A DNA stretch of 63,951 nucleotides, counting the filler, from Circinaria calcarea (taxonomy: Eukaryota), in assembly GCA_051942165.1 (NCBI GenBank). It is 4 parts of 4 records of this genome, joined end to end, with 100 filler letters (N's around TTAATTAATTAA, not from the genome) between each part and the next. Parts side by side here need not be neighbours in the genome. Positions count along the whole stretch, not along the records: positions 16,748 to 33,364 come from JAVECS010000311.1; positions 33,465 to 50,068 come from JAVECS010000312.1; 2 more parts are not named here. One strand, given 5' to 3'. The first letter of the stretch is position 1; the number at the start of each line of letters is the position of its first letter. The position numbers and the translations under genes were made by a program. Under the pieces are notes generated by a model. The model made no database searches, was not told the DNA's origin, and saw nothing but the letters and a program-made list of their open reading frames with translations. Positions 27,337 to 38,458 of the stretch are shown piece after piece.

Positions 27337-27808
27337 TGCTTTTTACAAATTATCTTGAATTATCCGCTTAATCTGTCGTAACAATTGAGCCTCAAGTGAT
27401 GACGGAGTAGGCACGTACTTAGCCCCGGGACCACCCCTCCCGCCGAGATCCTTAATCCGGGGGAAGCTTTGAGAGGATTTTCACATTTCCTTTTTCTAAC
27501 TCTCACCCCAATGCCTCTTATCGAGTGTCATCTTGGCTTTTTCTGATCTCCGGGGGCGACTACTTCTGACTCATGGATAGAATAACGAGTTTTAGTGCGG
27601 AGAAGGACTCGTGTTTCAGAAGATGATTGAGAGATTCAAAAACTGAAACATTGTTCTCCCCGTACCTGTCATTATCGTATCCCTGTTGATATGCGATTCT
27701 GGATTCTAAATCTTGAGGACTTTGGGGCCATCACCCCTCACAGCTTATATACGCTACTCTGATCTTCAACGCTCGTTTACAGACGCCTTTCCCCTATCAC
27801 CCGGCGCT

Positions 27809-30800
27809 ATGGCAGACGGTCAAAAGCCCGTTAGGCGGGGGATACTTCCCCGAACAAGATCAAATTTTATAACACGCACGGCCATCGATGCCACTTCCCA
27901 ACTTGATGGGCCCTCTCCTATGATGCCCCCTGCGCAAACAAAACTTCCGGAAAGGAAACCTCCAGAAAGGAACCTTCCACGGGATCGGTTGGAGGTCTCC
28001 GGTAACTCTTGTGAGCCTCGGAGCATTGCTTCTAGCCGCACGCCACGCCGTCAATCTCCCACCAGGAAGGCACTTAGTATTGATGACAGCAGCCATCCGC
28101 CATTGGTTGGAAGACGATCATCCAGCAGGAGGCGGAAGAATAGCCACATATTGGTAGGAGACTCGTCATTGACAGCCCAAATGCATGTCCCAGCAGACGC
28201 GAAAGACAAGGAAGATCAGTCCGCTGGCCCAAGGATTGGGGCGATGCCTCGGCCAGTTGGGGGACATGCTAAACTCGGTACCTTCTCAGGGGTGTTCGTA
28301 CCTACCAGGTACGTCGACAGTAGTTCATCTTCCTATACAAGTCTCTTACTCACACTGTATCAGCTTGAACGTACTTAGTATTCTTATGTTTCTGCGGTTC
28401 GGCTTCATCCTAGGTCAGAGTGGAGTTCTTGGAATGATGGGTATGTTGATTGCCTCGTACATCATCAATCTCGTAACTACATTGTCTATATCTGCAATCG
28501 CTACGAATGGCACCGTACGCGGTGGGGGCGCTTACTACCTCATATCTCGCTCTTTAGGCCCAGAATTTGGGGGATCCATTGGGGTTGTTTTCTATCTTGG
28601 GTCTCTCTTCAACACTAGTCTTAACTCCGTCGGTTTAATTGATTGCCTAAAGCAGAACTTCGGCAGCGTGTCAGGCGATTGGGCTCAGTGGTTACCCGAG
28701 GGCTATTGGTGGGAGTATCTCTGGGCTACGGTTGTCCTAATCATTTGTACTGGGATCTGTCTAGCTGGTAGTGGTATTTTTGCACGATGCAGCAATGGAC
28801 TACTTGCTATACTACTGGTGGCCACTTTCAGCATTCCATGTTCATCTTTTATTATAAGCCCTTTCAAAAAGCCTAGGACAGGCCTTGAGTACACCGGACT
28901 TAGTGCGCAGACGTTTAAGGAAAACTTTCTTCCTAAGTTTACCCAAGGAGCTGCTGGAAGTCAGCTGCCAGGAAAGGAGAACTTCCAAGATCTCTTTGGC
29001 ATTCTATTTCCTGCGACTGGAGGCATATTTGCGTGAGTGAATATTCTACTTTATACTTCTGCTATACTGACTTCTTCTCCGGCTAGAGGAGCGAGTATGT
29101 CGGGGGATCTGAAGCATCCTAGTAAAGCTATACCAAAGGGCACACTCGGCGGGCTAGTTTTGACCTTCTTCGCCTATGCAGTGGTTATCCTTGCCATGGC
29201 TGCTACCATTACTAGGGCTTCATTGTATAGAGACGTCAATGTCATCCAGGAAGTGAGTTTGCATCTATTCCATATGTCTGTACCAAGCTTACATTTTATT
29301 CTTTCTGTAGACGAATATCTCTGGTGTTCTCGTACTCCTTGGAGAATTTGCTACTAGCTTTTTCTCCTCGCTTATGGGGGTTATTGGATCCGCAAAACTA
29401 CTCCAAGCCCTTGCACGTGATAATCTCCTCCCAGGATTTTCAATCTTCGGTCAAGGGACGAAGGGCAATGACGAGCCAACGTACGCTATCCTTGTTACCT
29501 ATATCATTGCCCAGATCGCAATGCTGAGCAACATCAATCAACTTGCGTCTTTTGTTACCATGACATATTTAATGACATTTCTGGTGACCAATCTTGCTTG
29601 CTTCCTGTTAAAGATCAGTTCGGCTCCGAATTTCCGACCTTCTTTCCACTATTTCAACTGGTGGACTGCTGGATTTGGTACCCTCATCAGTGGAGCTAGC
29701 ATGTTTTTTGTTGACGGTGTCTATGCCACCGGATGCATATGCATTTTGATTGTCATCTTCCTAATCATACATTACACTTCCCCGCCAAAATCTTGGGGTG
29801 ATGTAAGTCAGAGTCTTATTTACCACCAGGTCCGCAAGTATCTACTCCGACTTCGACAGGAGCACGTTAAATTCTGGCGACCACAAATTTTGCTGTTCAT
29901 CAACGACCCCCGCAAACAATACAAGCTTATCCAGTTTTGTAATTCATTGAAGAAGGGTGCGTTATTCGTCCTTGGCCACGTTATTATCTCGGATGATTTT
30001 GGGGCTGCAGTTCCTGAAGCTAGGCGTCAACAGGCGGCCTGGACCAAATATATTGATTTTTCAAAAATCAAAGCTTTTGTGAATGTTGCCATTGCGCCGC
30101 AAATTCAATGGGGCACTCGAAATATTGTGCTTAGCGCGGGTCTGGGAGGTATGCGACCAAACATAGTCGTCATGGGCTTCTATAATCTTGATGAGTTTCG
30201 AAGAAGTCAGCCGTTGATCGACGTACCCTCTCCGCAGCAGTCTAAGGCCGGGAATAAGACGGCCTCTAACCAAAAATCAAGGAGGAAGGGTTACCGACGA
30301 AGTGCGAGTGATAAGTTACGTGGAACCCTTCCCACTGATATATGCAGAACGGAAGGGGGCTACAATCCCACGAACTATGTTACCATATTGGAGGATCTAT
30401 TACTAAGGCTTCAGATCAACGTTGCCGTTGCAAAGGGCTTTGAGAATCTCGAGTTTCCACATCCTAATGAGGAAAACACCAAAAAGTATATAGACTTATG
30501 GCCTATCCAGATGTCGGCCGAAATTGCTGGAGAGGGGGGGGAAGAAAAGCAAAACGTTCTTACAACGAACTTTGATACTTATACGTTGATCCTACAACTG
30601 GGCTGCATCTTGAACACTGTCGATACGTGGAAGAAGGTCTATAAAGTCCGATGTGCTGTGTTTGTAGAATGGGAATCAGAGGTCGCGGAAGAACGTGCTC
30701 GGGTAAAGACGTTGTTAGAGAACCTCAGGATCGAAGCCGAGGTCCTGGTCTTCTGGCTTGCATCGGGCGATGTCAAGAGCTATCAGATTATTGTCAACGG

Positions 30801-32043
30801 TAACTCCGCCACAGCCGACCCTAGTACGGAGCAGGATGTAAATGAAGTGCTCAGGGAAGAAGAATGGTGGCAAGAGGTGCAAAAGGTGCGCGGCAAGCGA
30901 GGAGGGGTCAGTGCTAGGGAAGCACTTGCAGATGTTCAGGGCTTGTTGGATGTTTCTCCAAGTTGGCCCAGTACATCATTTCGATCCAACCGGCAGGAAG
31001 CTAACATGGAAAGGTTCGAGGGCCTGAAAAAGATGCTTCGACAATCGGAGAAGCGACGCCATTCATCCAAGAATCTCGGCAACTTAGGTGTGCGATTAGG
31101 AATGACGACACATAGACTATCAGATCAGGTAGTGTTGCATCATGCAAGCCATGCCAGTGCAAGCGAAGGGTCAAGTACCGGAGACAGCGACGGGGATACC
31201 TTTGATAGCGATAGTGCAGACGAGTCTTCGAGTCGGGCCAGCGCAGCAAGCGAGAATGATGCAAAATCAACAGCGAGTAGATGGAAAGCTGACAGCGGCG
31301 ATGAAGAAGGCGATGAGTTCGAAGCCTTGGGGACTAAGCCGCCGCTTAAAGCAGCCAGGAGACGTAGCGACGGTGGTTCTGTCGAAGATTTGCCGCCAAG
31401 GAAGCTCGGTTCGAGCAGGTTTTTGCAAGAGCCGATCAATATTCCACGTCTCAAGGTCTCAACTGCCCCCTCCGTCGCCTCGTCCCTGGATCAAAAGACC
31501 ACACCCGAAATCACCCGACCGTCTACCTCCAGCCGGGAACCTCAACCATCCTCAAGTACGAGCAATAGCTTGCGTTCAGCAGCATCCAGGCCCCGTCCAA
31601 TGCGTCGCTCCTCCGCCGGTAAATTTTCTTCTCGACCAGTTCCTAACACTACAGTAGCGACGGAAGATGGTCCGGGCCCGTCAATCATGTTCACGGATCC
31701 CGACACCCCTGCACAAGTATCTTCCCCCTTCCCATCCACCAACAACCGCCGCTCCCACAAACCCGCTACGCCAGCCTCGGGCTTCCCCTCTCCCCAAAGC
31801 ATCCCCCTCAGCTTCAACGATCTCCCCTGCCGAGCTCAGCATCTCATCCTCAACGAGCTGATGCAGCAGCACTCAGACGAGACGGCCGTAGTCTTCACGA
31901 CGCTGCCGAGCCCGATCGAGGGAACGTGCTTAAAGGAAGAGGATAGCGTGAGCTATCTGAGCGATTTGGAGGTGCTGTGTCAGGGTCTACCGCCGGTGCT
32001 GCTCGTCCACAGCAATAGTATGACTGTTACGATGAATCTCTAG
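27809..32043 (+). CDS. VHC1: Vacuolar cation-chloride cotransporter (SLC12 family, Vhc1-like)
   Basis: [67 protein letters not shown] and C-terminal [13 protein letters not shown]. Confidence 0.93.
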
Positions 32044-32479
32044 GTCTGTCTGTGGTGCCGCCTGGGTATTTTCTTGGGGCATAGACTTTGGGGGTTTTTT
32101 CAAAGACGGGCGTAGGGGAACCATTTTTGCATGAGCGGTTCTAATGTATACAAGGGACGAAAAGCATGCTAGACAGGGAGAACTCCAGCTTGTGTGTTGA
32201 CAATAGTACAGTCTAGGTTTTTCTCTATTTTGTCCCCAAAAACTAAAGCTGGCTGGCTAATAGATAAGCAAAAAAATTTTCTCGAAATTTCACCGCGCAA
32301 GCTGCCATTTGATCTCTATCTATAATCTATCGGTTTGATCTACAATCACAGACCGACTCGCATCAACTAAACTATCAAACCAGTTATTCCCCCCTTAACA
32401 AGTCTAGCTAAGTAAAGTAAGGTCTCCTCACTCGCCCAAAGGCGAGATTCATTCATGCATGATATGGATGGGAAAACAA

Positions 32480-32890
32480 CATTTATACTATTTTTTTTTG
32501 ACGCAAAGCGTACCATACATACGCTTCCCCACAGTTAAGTTTTTTTTTTAAAAAAAAAAAATACTGCCCTTCCCCAACCCACCTCACCTCATCTCATCTC
32601 ATCTCATCCAATGGTCCCGATCAAGTATGAAAAAAGGTTTTTTTTACCGCGCGAACAGGAAAATGAAGAAAAGTAAGCATTGTGTGGAGGATTGCGAGAG
32701 AAGTGATAAAGGAAGGAGAAGGGGGGGGGGGAATGAGGTTTGGGGGAAACGGTGATATTAGACGACTAATTTTCTCATCCATCTAATCCTAATCCCGTTC
32801 TATGATTTGGCCCTTTTTTTCCTCGCTCGGGTCGCAGAAATTGGGGGTATACAGTAGTTGATGCTTAAAAAAAATCTCTAAATGGGGGCG
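32480..32890. repeat. Low-complexity intergenic tract: T10A12 run (32540-32561), (CTCAT)4 (32588-32607), poly-G (~32721-32731)
   Basis: Directly visible homopolymers and a microsatellite between the convergent VHC1 and AVT stop codons. Confidence 0.85.
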
Positions 32891-33028
32891 GGGGTTCTCC
32901 CACAACCCCATAACATTCTAATCAAGGATGAACGAGGGGTATACAGGTACAGGCCGTCAATGAGCCCCGAAATTCTTTTCAGGTTGCCCATAAGACACAT
33001 TCTATCAATATCTGCCAAAAAAAAGTTC

Positions 33029-33364
33029 TCACTCGTCGCAGTATCCGGGGACTTTGGGATCTGATGCGCGCGCCCAGATGGCGATGGTCAGCGAGGTGGT
33101 GTAGATCATGACCAGGGCACCGAAGACGCAAAGAGACATGTCGACGATCCGTTGCCATTGAGCCCGCGCAACCGCTCTGTAGTGAAGGAGAGGCTTTGAA
33201 TTCTTGATTAGTCAAGTCCGAGGGCTTTCGGGGTTCAAGGCGCGGGACTTACGGGATAAATGTAGACGAGGGGCACGCAAGCAAAGCTACCGACAAGTGC
33301 CACGAATTTGTCGAGATCTCCGGCTCCACCCCAAGCCACGGCCGAGCAGACAATGACCAGGAAG
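33029..33364 (-). CDS. C-terminal fragment of a vacuolar amino-acid transporter (Aa_trans, Avt3/Avt4-like); 5' part lost at contig end
   Basis: Not in the ORF track. Translation FLVIVCSAVAWGGAGDLDKFVALVGSFACVPLVYIYP | GTAAGT intron | PLLHYRAVARAQWQRIVDMSLCVFGALVMIYTTSLTIAIWARASDPKVPGYCDE*. Confidence 0.88.
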
Positions 33365-33464
33365 NNNNNNNNNNNNNNNNNNNNNNNNNNNNNNNNNNNN
33401 NNNNNNNNTTAATTAATTAANNNNNNNNNNNNNNNNNNNNNNNNNNNNNNNNNNNNNNNNNNNN
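33365..33464. other. Artificial contig linker
   Basis: N44-TTAATTAATTAA-N44. Confidence 0.99.
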
Positions 33465-33850
33465 ACTCCAAAAGTTCAACAATACCGTAAATATATTACC
33501 CCCCAAATTTTAATTATTAGGCCCAGGGGTTAAAACATAATTAAAATAACTAGGAATTAAATATTTAAAAATATTTAAAAATAGTATCCAAAAAGCCTAA
33601 AACAACGTGTTATTATTTTAAAAATAATATTTTTTTTCTTTATAAAACACACGAGTATTTAAATATCCCGTCCGCTTTATTATATATAAGTTTAAGATTA
33701 GTTAATTAATAATTAAATAAATAACCACCAGCGAATATTAGCTGTTATATATTTTAATTTTTTATATAAAATATACTTTTGAAATACTTGTACACGAATT
33801 CGAGTTTATTAGATATTATTAACGTTTTTCAGAGCAATATATTTTAGCCA
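33465..33850. mobile_element. AT-rich, TpA-rich degenerate repeat relic (probable RIP-mutated transposon edge)
   Basis: Abrupt very AT-rich block at a contig start, dense in TA/TTA/TAA and with no ORF. Element family not recognisable. Confidence 0.6.
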
Positions 33851-34159
33851 ATGCCCTCGCTAAGCTCAACTACGTTTTCATATTGTTTCCCTTGATGCTG
33901 AAATAGACAATTGAAGATCCACTAGCTAATTAATTATGTCAATCAATATAAGAAATTGCAAATCGCATTTTTCATGGAAAATCTAATAAGATTCGTTGCT
34001 ACGTCTCCAGAGTCCAGAGCAGCAACTATCTCAGTTACTTCTTTACATTAGGCCTTTACGACCCCTATTCGGCTAGCTCGATGTTGATAAGTCTGGAATA
34101 AAGCTAAGAACAAAGCGTTGTGAGAAATGTTTGATATGGCAGGCCACATCCCTATGGAT

Positions 34160-35348
34160 CTACCCGGCCAGCTGGCGTAAGACGTCCGCAAACCCATCAC
34201 AAAATCCACCCAACTCCTTGTCGGACAAAATAAACGGCAGCTTGATAAATGGGCCATAACCCTTCTCCAGTAACAGTGTCCGACCTGCCTTAATGATTGC
34301 TTCGCCACCAGTCAGCATCTCTTTCGCGATGGCTGACGCGCTCGCCTTTGTGCCGCCAAAGCGATTGTGGTAGAATCGATTAAACAGGGACTGGTAGACA
34401 CCGCGGGGCTGCAAATTCAGAGCAATTTCGTCAACAATCGACCAGCCGGGCTTCTTGATCGTCCGTAGATTCATCGCAATGTTGTAGCAATCGGCGTCTT
34501 CGATCATGTCCCGGAGCTTAAAGGTACCCTTGTCAAGAGCCTTGGCCAGCGAGTCCTGACAGTACTGGTATCCCGAGTCGACGTCGGAATCCCGCCAATC
34601 ACCGTAGAACGTTATCCAGTCTCCTCCCCAACCCACCACGTCGGCTCGGCTGATTTCGTGACCGGTAGCGACTAGCTTATCGCCTTTGAGGTAGACACCG
34701 TTCATGCAGGCACCGAGGTGGGCGGCATGTACCTGAACATTGAATTGGGCATCTGGAAATGTGGATACCTCCCACGTCAAACCTTTGCCTTTAGCGTAGG
34801 AGATCCAGTCATCGTCGACATTCCCAATGAGCTCTCCCCATTTGATGTCGTTGTAGTTAGGGTTCTCCTTTCGAAGCCATTCCATCACCAGCAAGTTAGG
34901 ATCTTTCCCGTGACCATATGACTTAGCAAGATCATATATCTTGCGGAAGTATGCGATGAATGCCTCTCTGGGAGTGTTAGGCATACAACACTGGACATCC
35001 TTATCACCCGGACAAAAACCTGGCTGGAAGGAACCGTTCGGGCAGCGGTTCTTCGATTTGTCACTGCATGTACCACTAAAGTTGTCCACTCCACAAGCCT
35101 GCTTGATGCAGCAACGGACGTTGGCAGGGTCATTCGGACATGCCTCCCCTACAGTGAAGCCTGATGTACTGCCGTCAGACCTGAAGAGAAGAACTTGAAA
35201 TAACAAAAACGGACGAACCATTGGAGCAGTTTTCCACCTTCTAGCAGGTACCTCTGCCTTGTGTGGCTCTGCAAGTATCACCGATGGCAGCATAGACACT
35301 GCTAACTAACAAAGAGAATAGCACAGAGTGATATAAGTGGGCAAGCAT
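34160..35348 (-). pseudogene. Secreted chimeric protein (signal peptide, 2 Cys-rich modules, ~265-aa bacterial-like domain) with one premature TAG
   Basis: ATG 35348 gives MLAHLYHSVLFSLLVSSVYA-AIGDTCRATQGRGTC*KVENCSNG. A 58-nt intron (35161-35218; GTTCGT...CTGAC...CAG) precedes an open 1001-nt exon 2. Confidence 0.75.
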
Positions 35349-36400
35349 TTTGAGTGTGTCTCTAGTCAGATGGTTCGTCAACGCAGTTTGAAAATGGAGG
35401 CGAGCGTGAAGAAGTCAGCAGCTTCCAGCAAGACCTTTAATATTCTCCTGACCCGGGAAAACAGAAATAGAACTGGCAAATCTGTGTTGAGGTAAGAACT
35501 GAGTCCGAACGGTGCGCTGGCAGAACACGGGCAGAAAGCCTCACCAAAATACGAGGGCCGGGCGCACATATCACAGTCACGTAAATAGAAAGTTATAAGA
35601 GAAATTAAACAACCAGGTATATCGAGTAACTGAAACAAAGCCACAATGCTAAGGGTCTAGACTCGCTTAGCTTCCCCGGATTTAGCCATCCCATCCCCAA
35701 TAATAGGGTATTCCGCCTCAATGCCAAGCTCTTTCTGCACAGCAAATGACCAAGGACAGCGGCAACCCGCGTTATATGTACGACATAGGGGTTGCTCGGT
35801 GGCACGAAAGCACTTGAACATATCTCTCAATTAGGTCGATTCGTACTCCGTAGCAGTTTTCGCGCCGCCTGCGCCTTGCTCGGTACCTGGCATTCCTATG
35901 TCCTCGAGAAATAGCCTGTTATTGTTGACCTTCCCATTAGTACCTGTCTTAGGATCTGCCTAGACAATCAATGCTATCGACTTCTGAAATCTTGGCTTTT
36001 TTAAGGGGACTTTCCACGAGGCACGCATGGCTATCTAGACTCTCGGCAATAAAGGATATTCCGTCGTGGACGACAGAGCTTCCTACATGGCTAATATAGG
36101 TAACTATGGGGAAGCAGGAATCGAATAAAACCTCCTGTTGCATGAGCCTCTCGTAGATAAGTCCGTACCTCAATATAGAGATGCTTCAAACGGTGAATTG
36201 AGTAGTTGGTGCTGTGAACAAAGTTAGGGGAGAAGTCAATTGCTGCACGTTAGAATAGCGGCTATTCCCAAGATCAGACAGGGGGGCTGCATGCTTATAA
36301 CCTCGGCTCCCCACACTTCCAAACGTTGAAGGACTCGAGAGAGTTCTTGAGGCTGGCCGTTATTCTGCTTCTTGCAACCTCTAATGACTTTAAGAGAAAT

Positions 36401-37721
36401 ATGGCAGGCGCTATAAGGCAGCCCATCGATACTAACTCATTATCAAAATACATTGGGGAGAATGTCCCTGAGATTCAGCTCCCAATAGGTATCAAGCAGG
36501 TTAACCCCCGCTCGAGATCCTTGAACACCGGCGCGAGTATAAGCTAACTCTCAGTCCCCAGTTTGGCTTTGGACAATCGAATCCTACATACCAACTCACT
36601 GCCGCCAACGGACACAGATATGTTATGCGCAAGAAGCCGCCGGGCAAATTGCTGTCGAAAACTGCACACCAAGTAGAGCGAGAATATCGGATCATCCATG
36701 CCTTGGAAAAGACCGATGTGCCTGTCCCCAAAGCGTATGCCTTGTGCGAAGATGTGCGGGTGGTCGGAACCCCATTCTACATCATGGAGTTTCTGGACGG
36801 GAGGATCTTCGAGGATGCTTCTTTCCCAGGGGTCTCACCGGAGGAAAGGAGGGAAATGTAGGTGCGAGCTCACGTACAAATCAGAGTTACGGTCACTTAT
36901 TGAAACAATACAGGTGGTATGATGCCATCCGCACACTCGCCAAACTCCATCGGGTAGACCCTCGCTCAGTCGGTTTGTCGGATTTTGGAAAGCCCTCCGG
37001 CTTCTACAACCGACAGTTGAAGACCCTAGGCATGATCTCAGAATCACAAGCCCAAGCGGTAGATATCGAGAGTAAATTGCCTGTGGGCAAGATACCACAC
37101 TTTGATGACATGGTGTCATTCTTCAAGGACCCCAACACACAGCCGCAGGATAGGGGAACGTTGATACACGGCGATTACAAGATCGACAATTTAGTGTACC
37201 ACAAAAGCGAACCGAAGGTCATTGGAATCTTAGAGTACGTATTGCGACCTCTCTCGCATGTTCCATCTCTCCCTCCCGGAAAAAAGCCTAACCAGCCCAG
37301 CTGGGAAATGTCCACAATCGGTCACCCCCTCTCCGACCTCTCCAACCTCCTTACCCCGTTCACCTTCTCCCTCTCCCTCTCCGGCCCATCCCTTACTTCC
37401 CAAATCCACAACCGCATCAACCCCGCCTTCTCCTCTGCCAACACCCCCGGTCTCCCATCCCGATCGCAGTGCATAGCCTGGTACGCCGAGACCGCCGGCT
37501 GGGACCCTAGCGCCGAGAGTCTGTGGGGAGATGCATTTGGGGTGTTCAAGAACAGTGTGATTATGCAGGGGATTGCGGCGAGGTATGCGCTCCGGCAGGC
37601 GAGCAGTGCGAAGGCGAGAGAGTATGGCGAGCAGATGAGGCCTTTTGGGGAATTTGCGGCGGGGTTGGTAAAAGCGTTGACGCAGCGGGGTCAAGGGGGT
37701 GGAGAGAAGGCGAAATTGTGA
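36401..37721 (+). CDS. Aminoglycoside-phosphotransferase (APH)-family kinase, ACAD10/ACAD11 kinase-domain-like, peroxisomal
   Basis: [60 protein letters not shown] and C-terminal PTS1 -AKL. Three introns. Confidence 0.92.
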
Positions 37722-38458
37722 TGAGAGGCGGTTCTTCGCGGATAGGCTGTCTTGTGTTCTGCCACGGCTACTACTCGTGTGCCGGGACATTTAGAGCTTT
37801 CACGACCGAAGAATCTCCTCCACAAACCCCGAAGTCCCCGACACGGTCCAGTCATCCCTTTGCAAACGTACTTTCCAAGTCCCTGTAAATCTGGAGAGAA
37901 GTCTATCCAATAGTCTGCTGAAACCGAATTGACAAAAATCGGCTACGCTTGGTTGGACTCAGTGATGAGTTTGAGGATGTTTGGTTCTCTAATACTACGT
38001 ATTTTTCACAGTTTTCATCAGAACAACACCTCGAATATCATGAGGCTGAATGGTGAGAGCATGCTTTTACCATCTCCATCCACACATGTTCCGCCAAGTC
38101 AAGCCGGTGAAATGGAGGTACAATGAAGAAGGAACCGGGAAGGGAGAGGATATACCCAGAGGCTGATGTAGATTGCAGAAATCTATTGGCAGATAGATGC
38201 CCTGGAGTGGAGGTGACATGAGTGTGCTACCACCGTACAGAGCTGTAGTCTGGCTATTGTGATTGAATATACAAAACATATGCTTTGTTGCTTCCCTCCC
38301 CGGCTCTGTAGAACCTCAGTTCCTGATTTGTGGCGTTAAGGAGCAAATTCTTTCCCAACTTTACGGGGCCTCGGCCTCGGACGGTGGTTTGATATTGTCT
38401 TGTAGTAGCTTGTCCCGAGGCCACAACGGCACAAGGAACAGTATCTTCCGGGACATGG

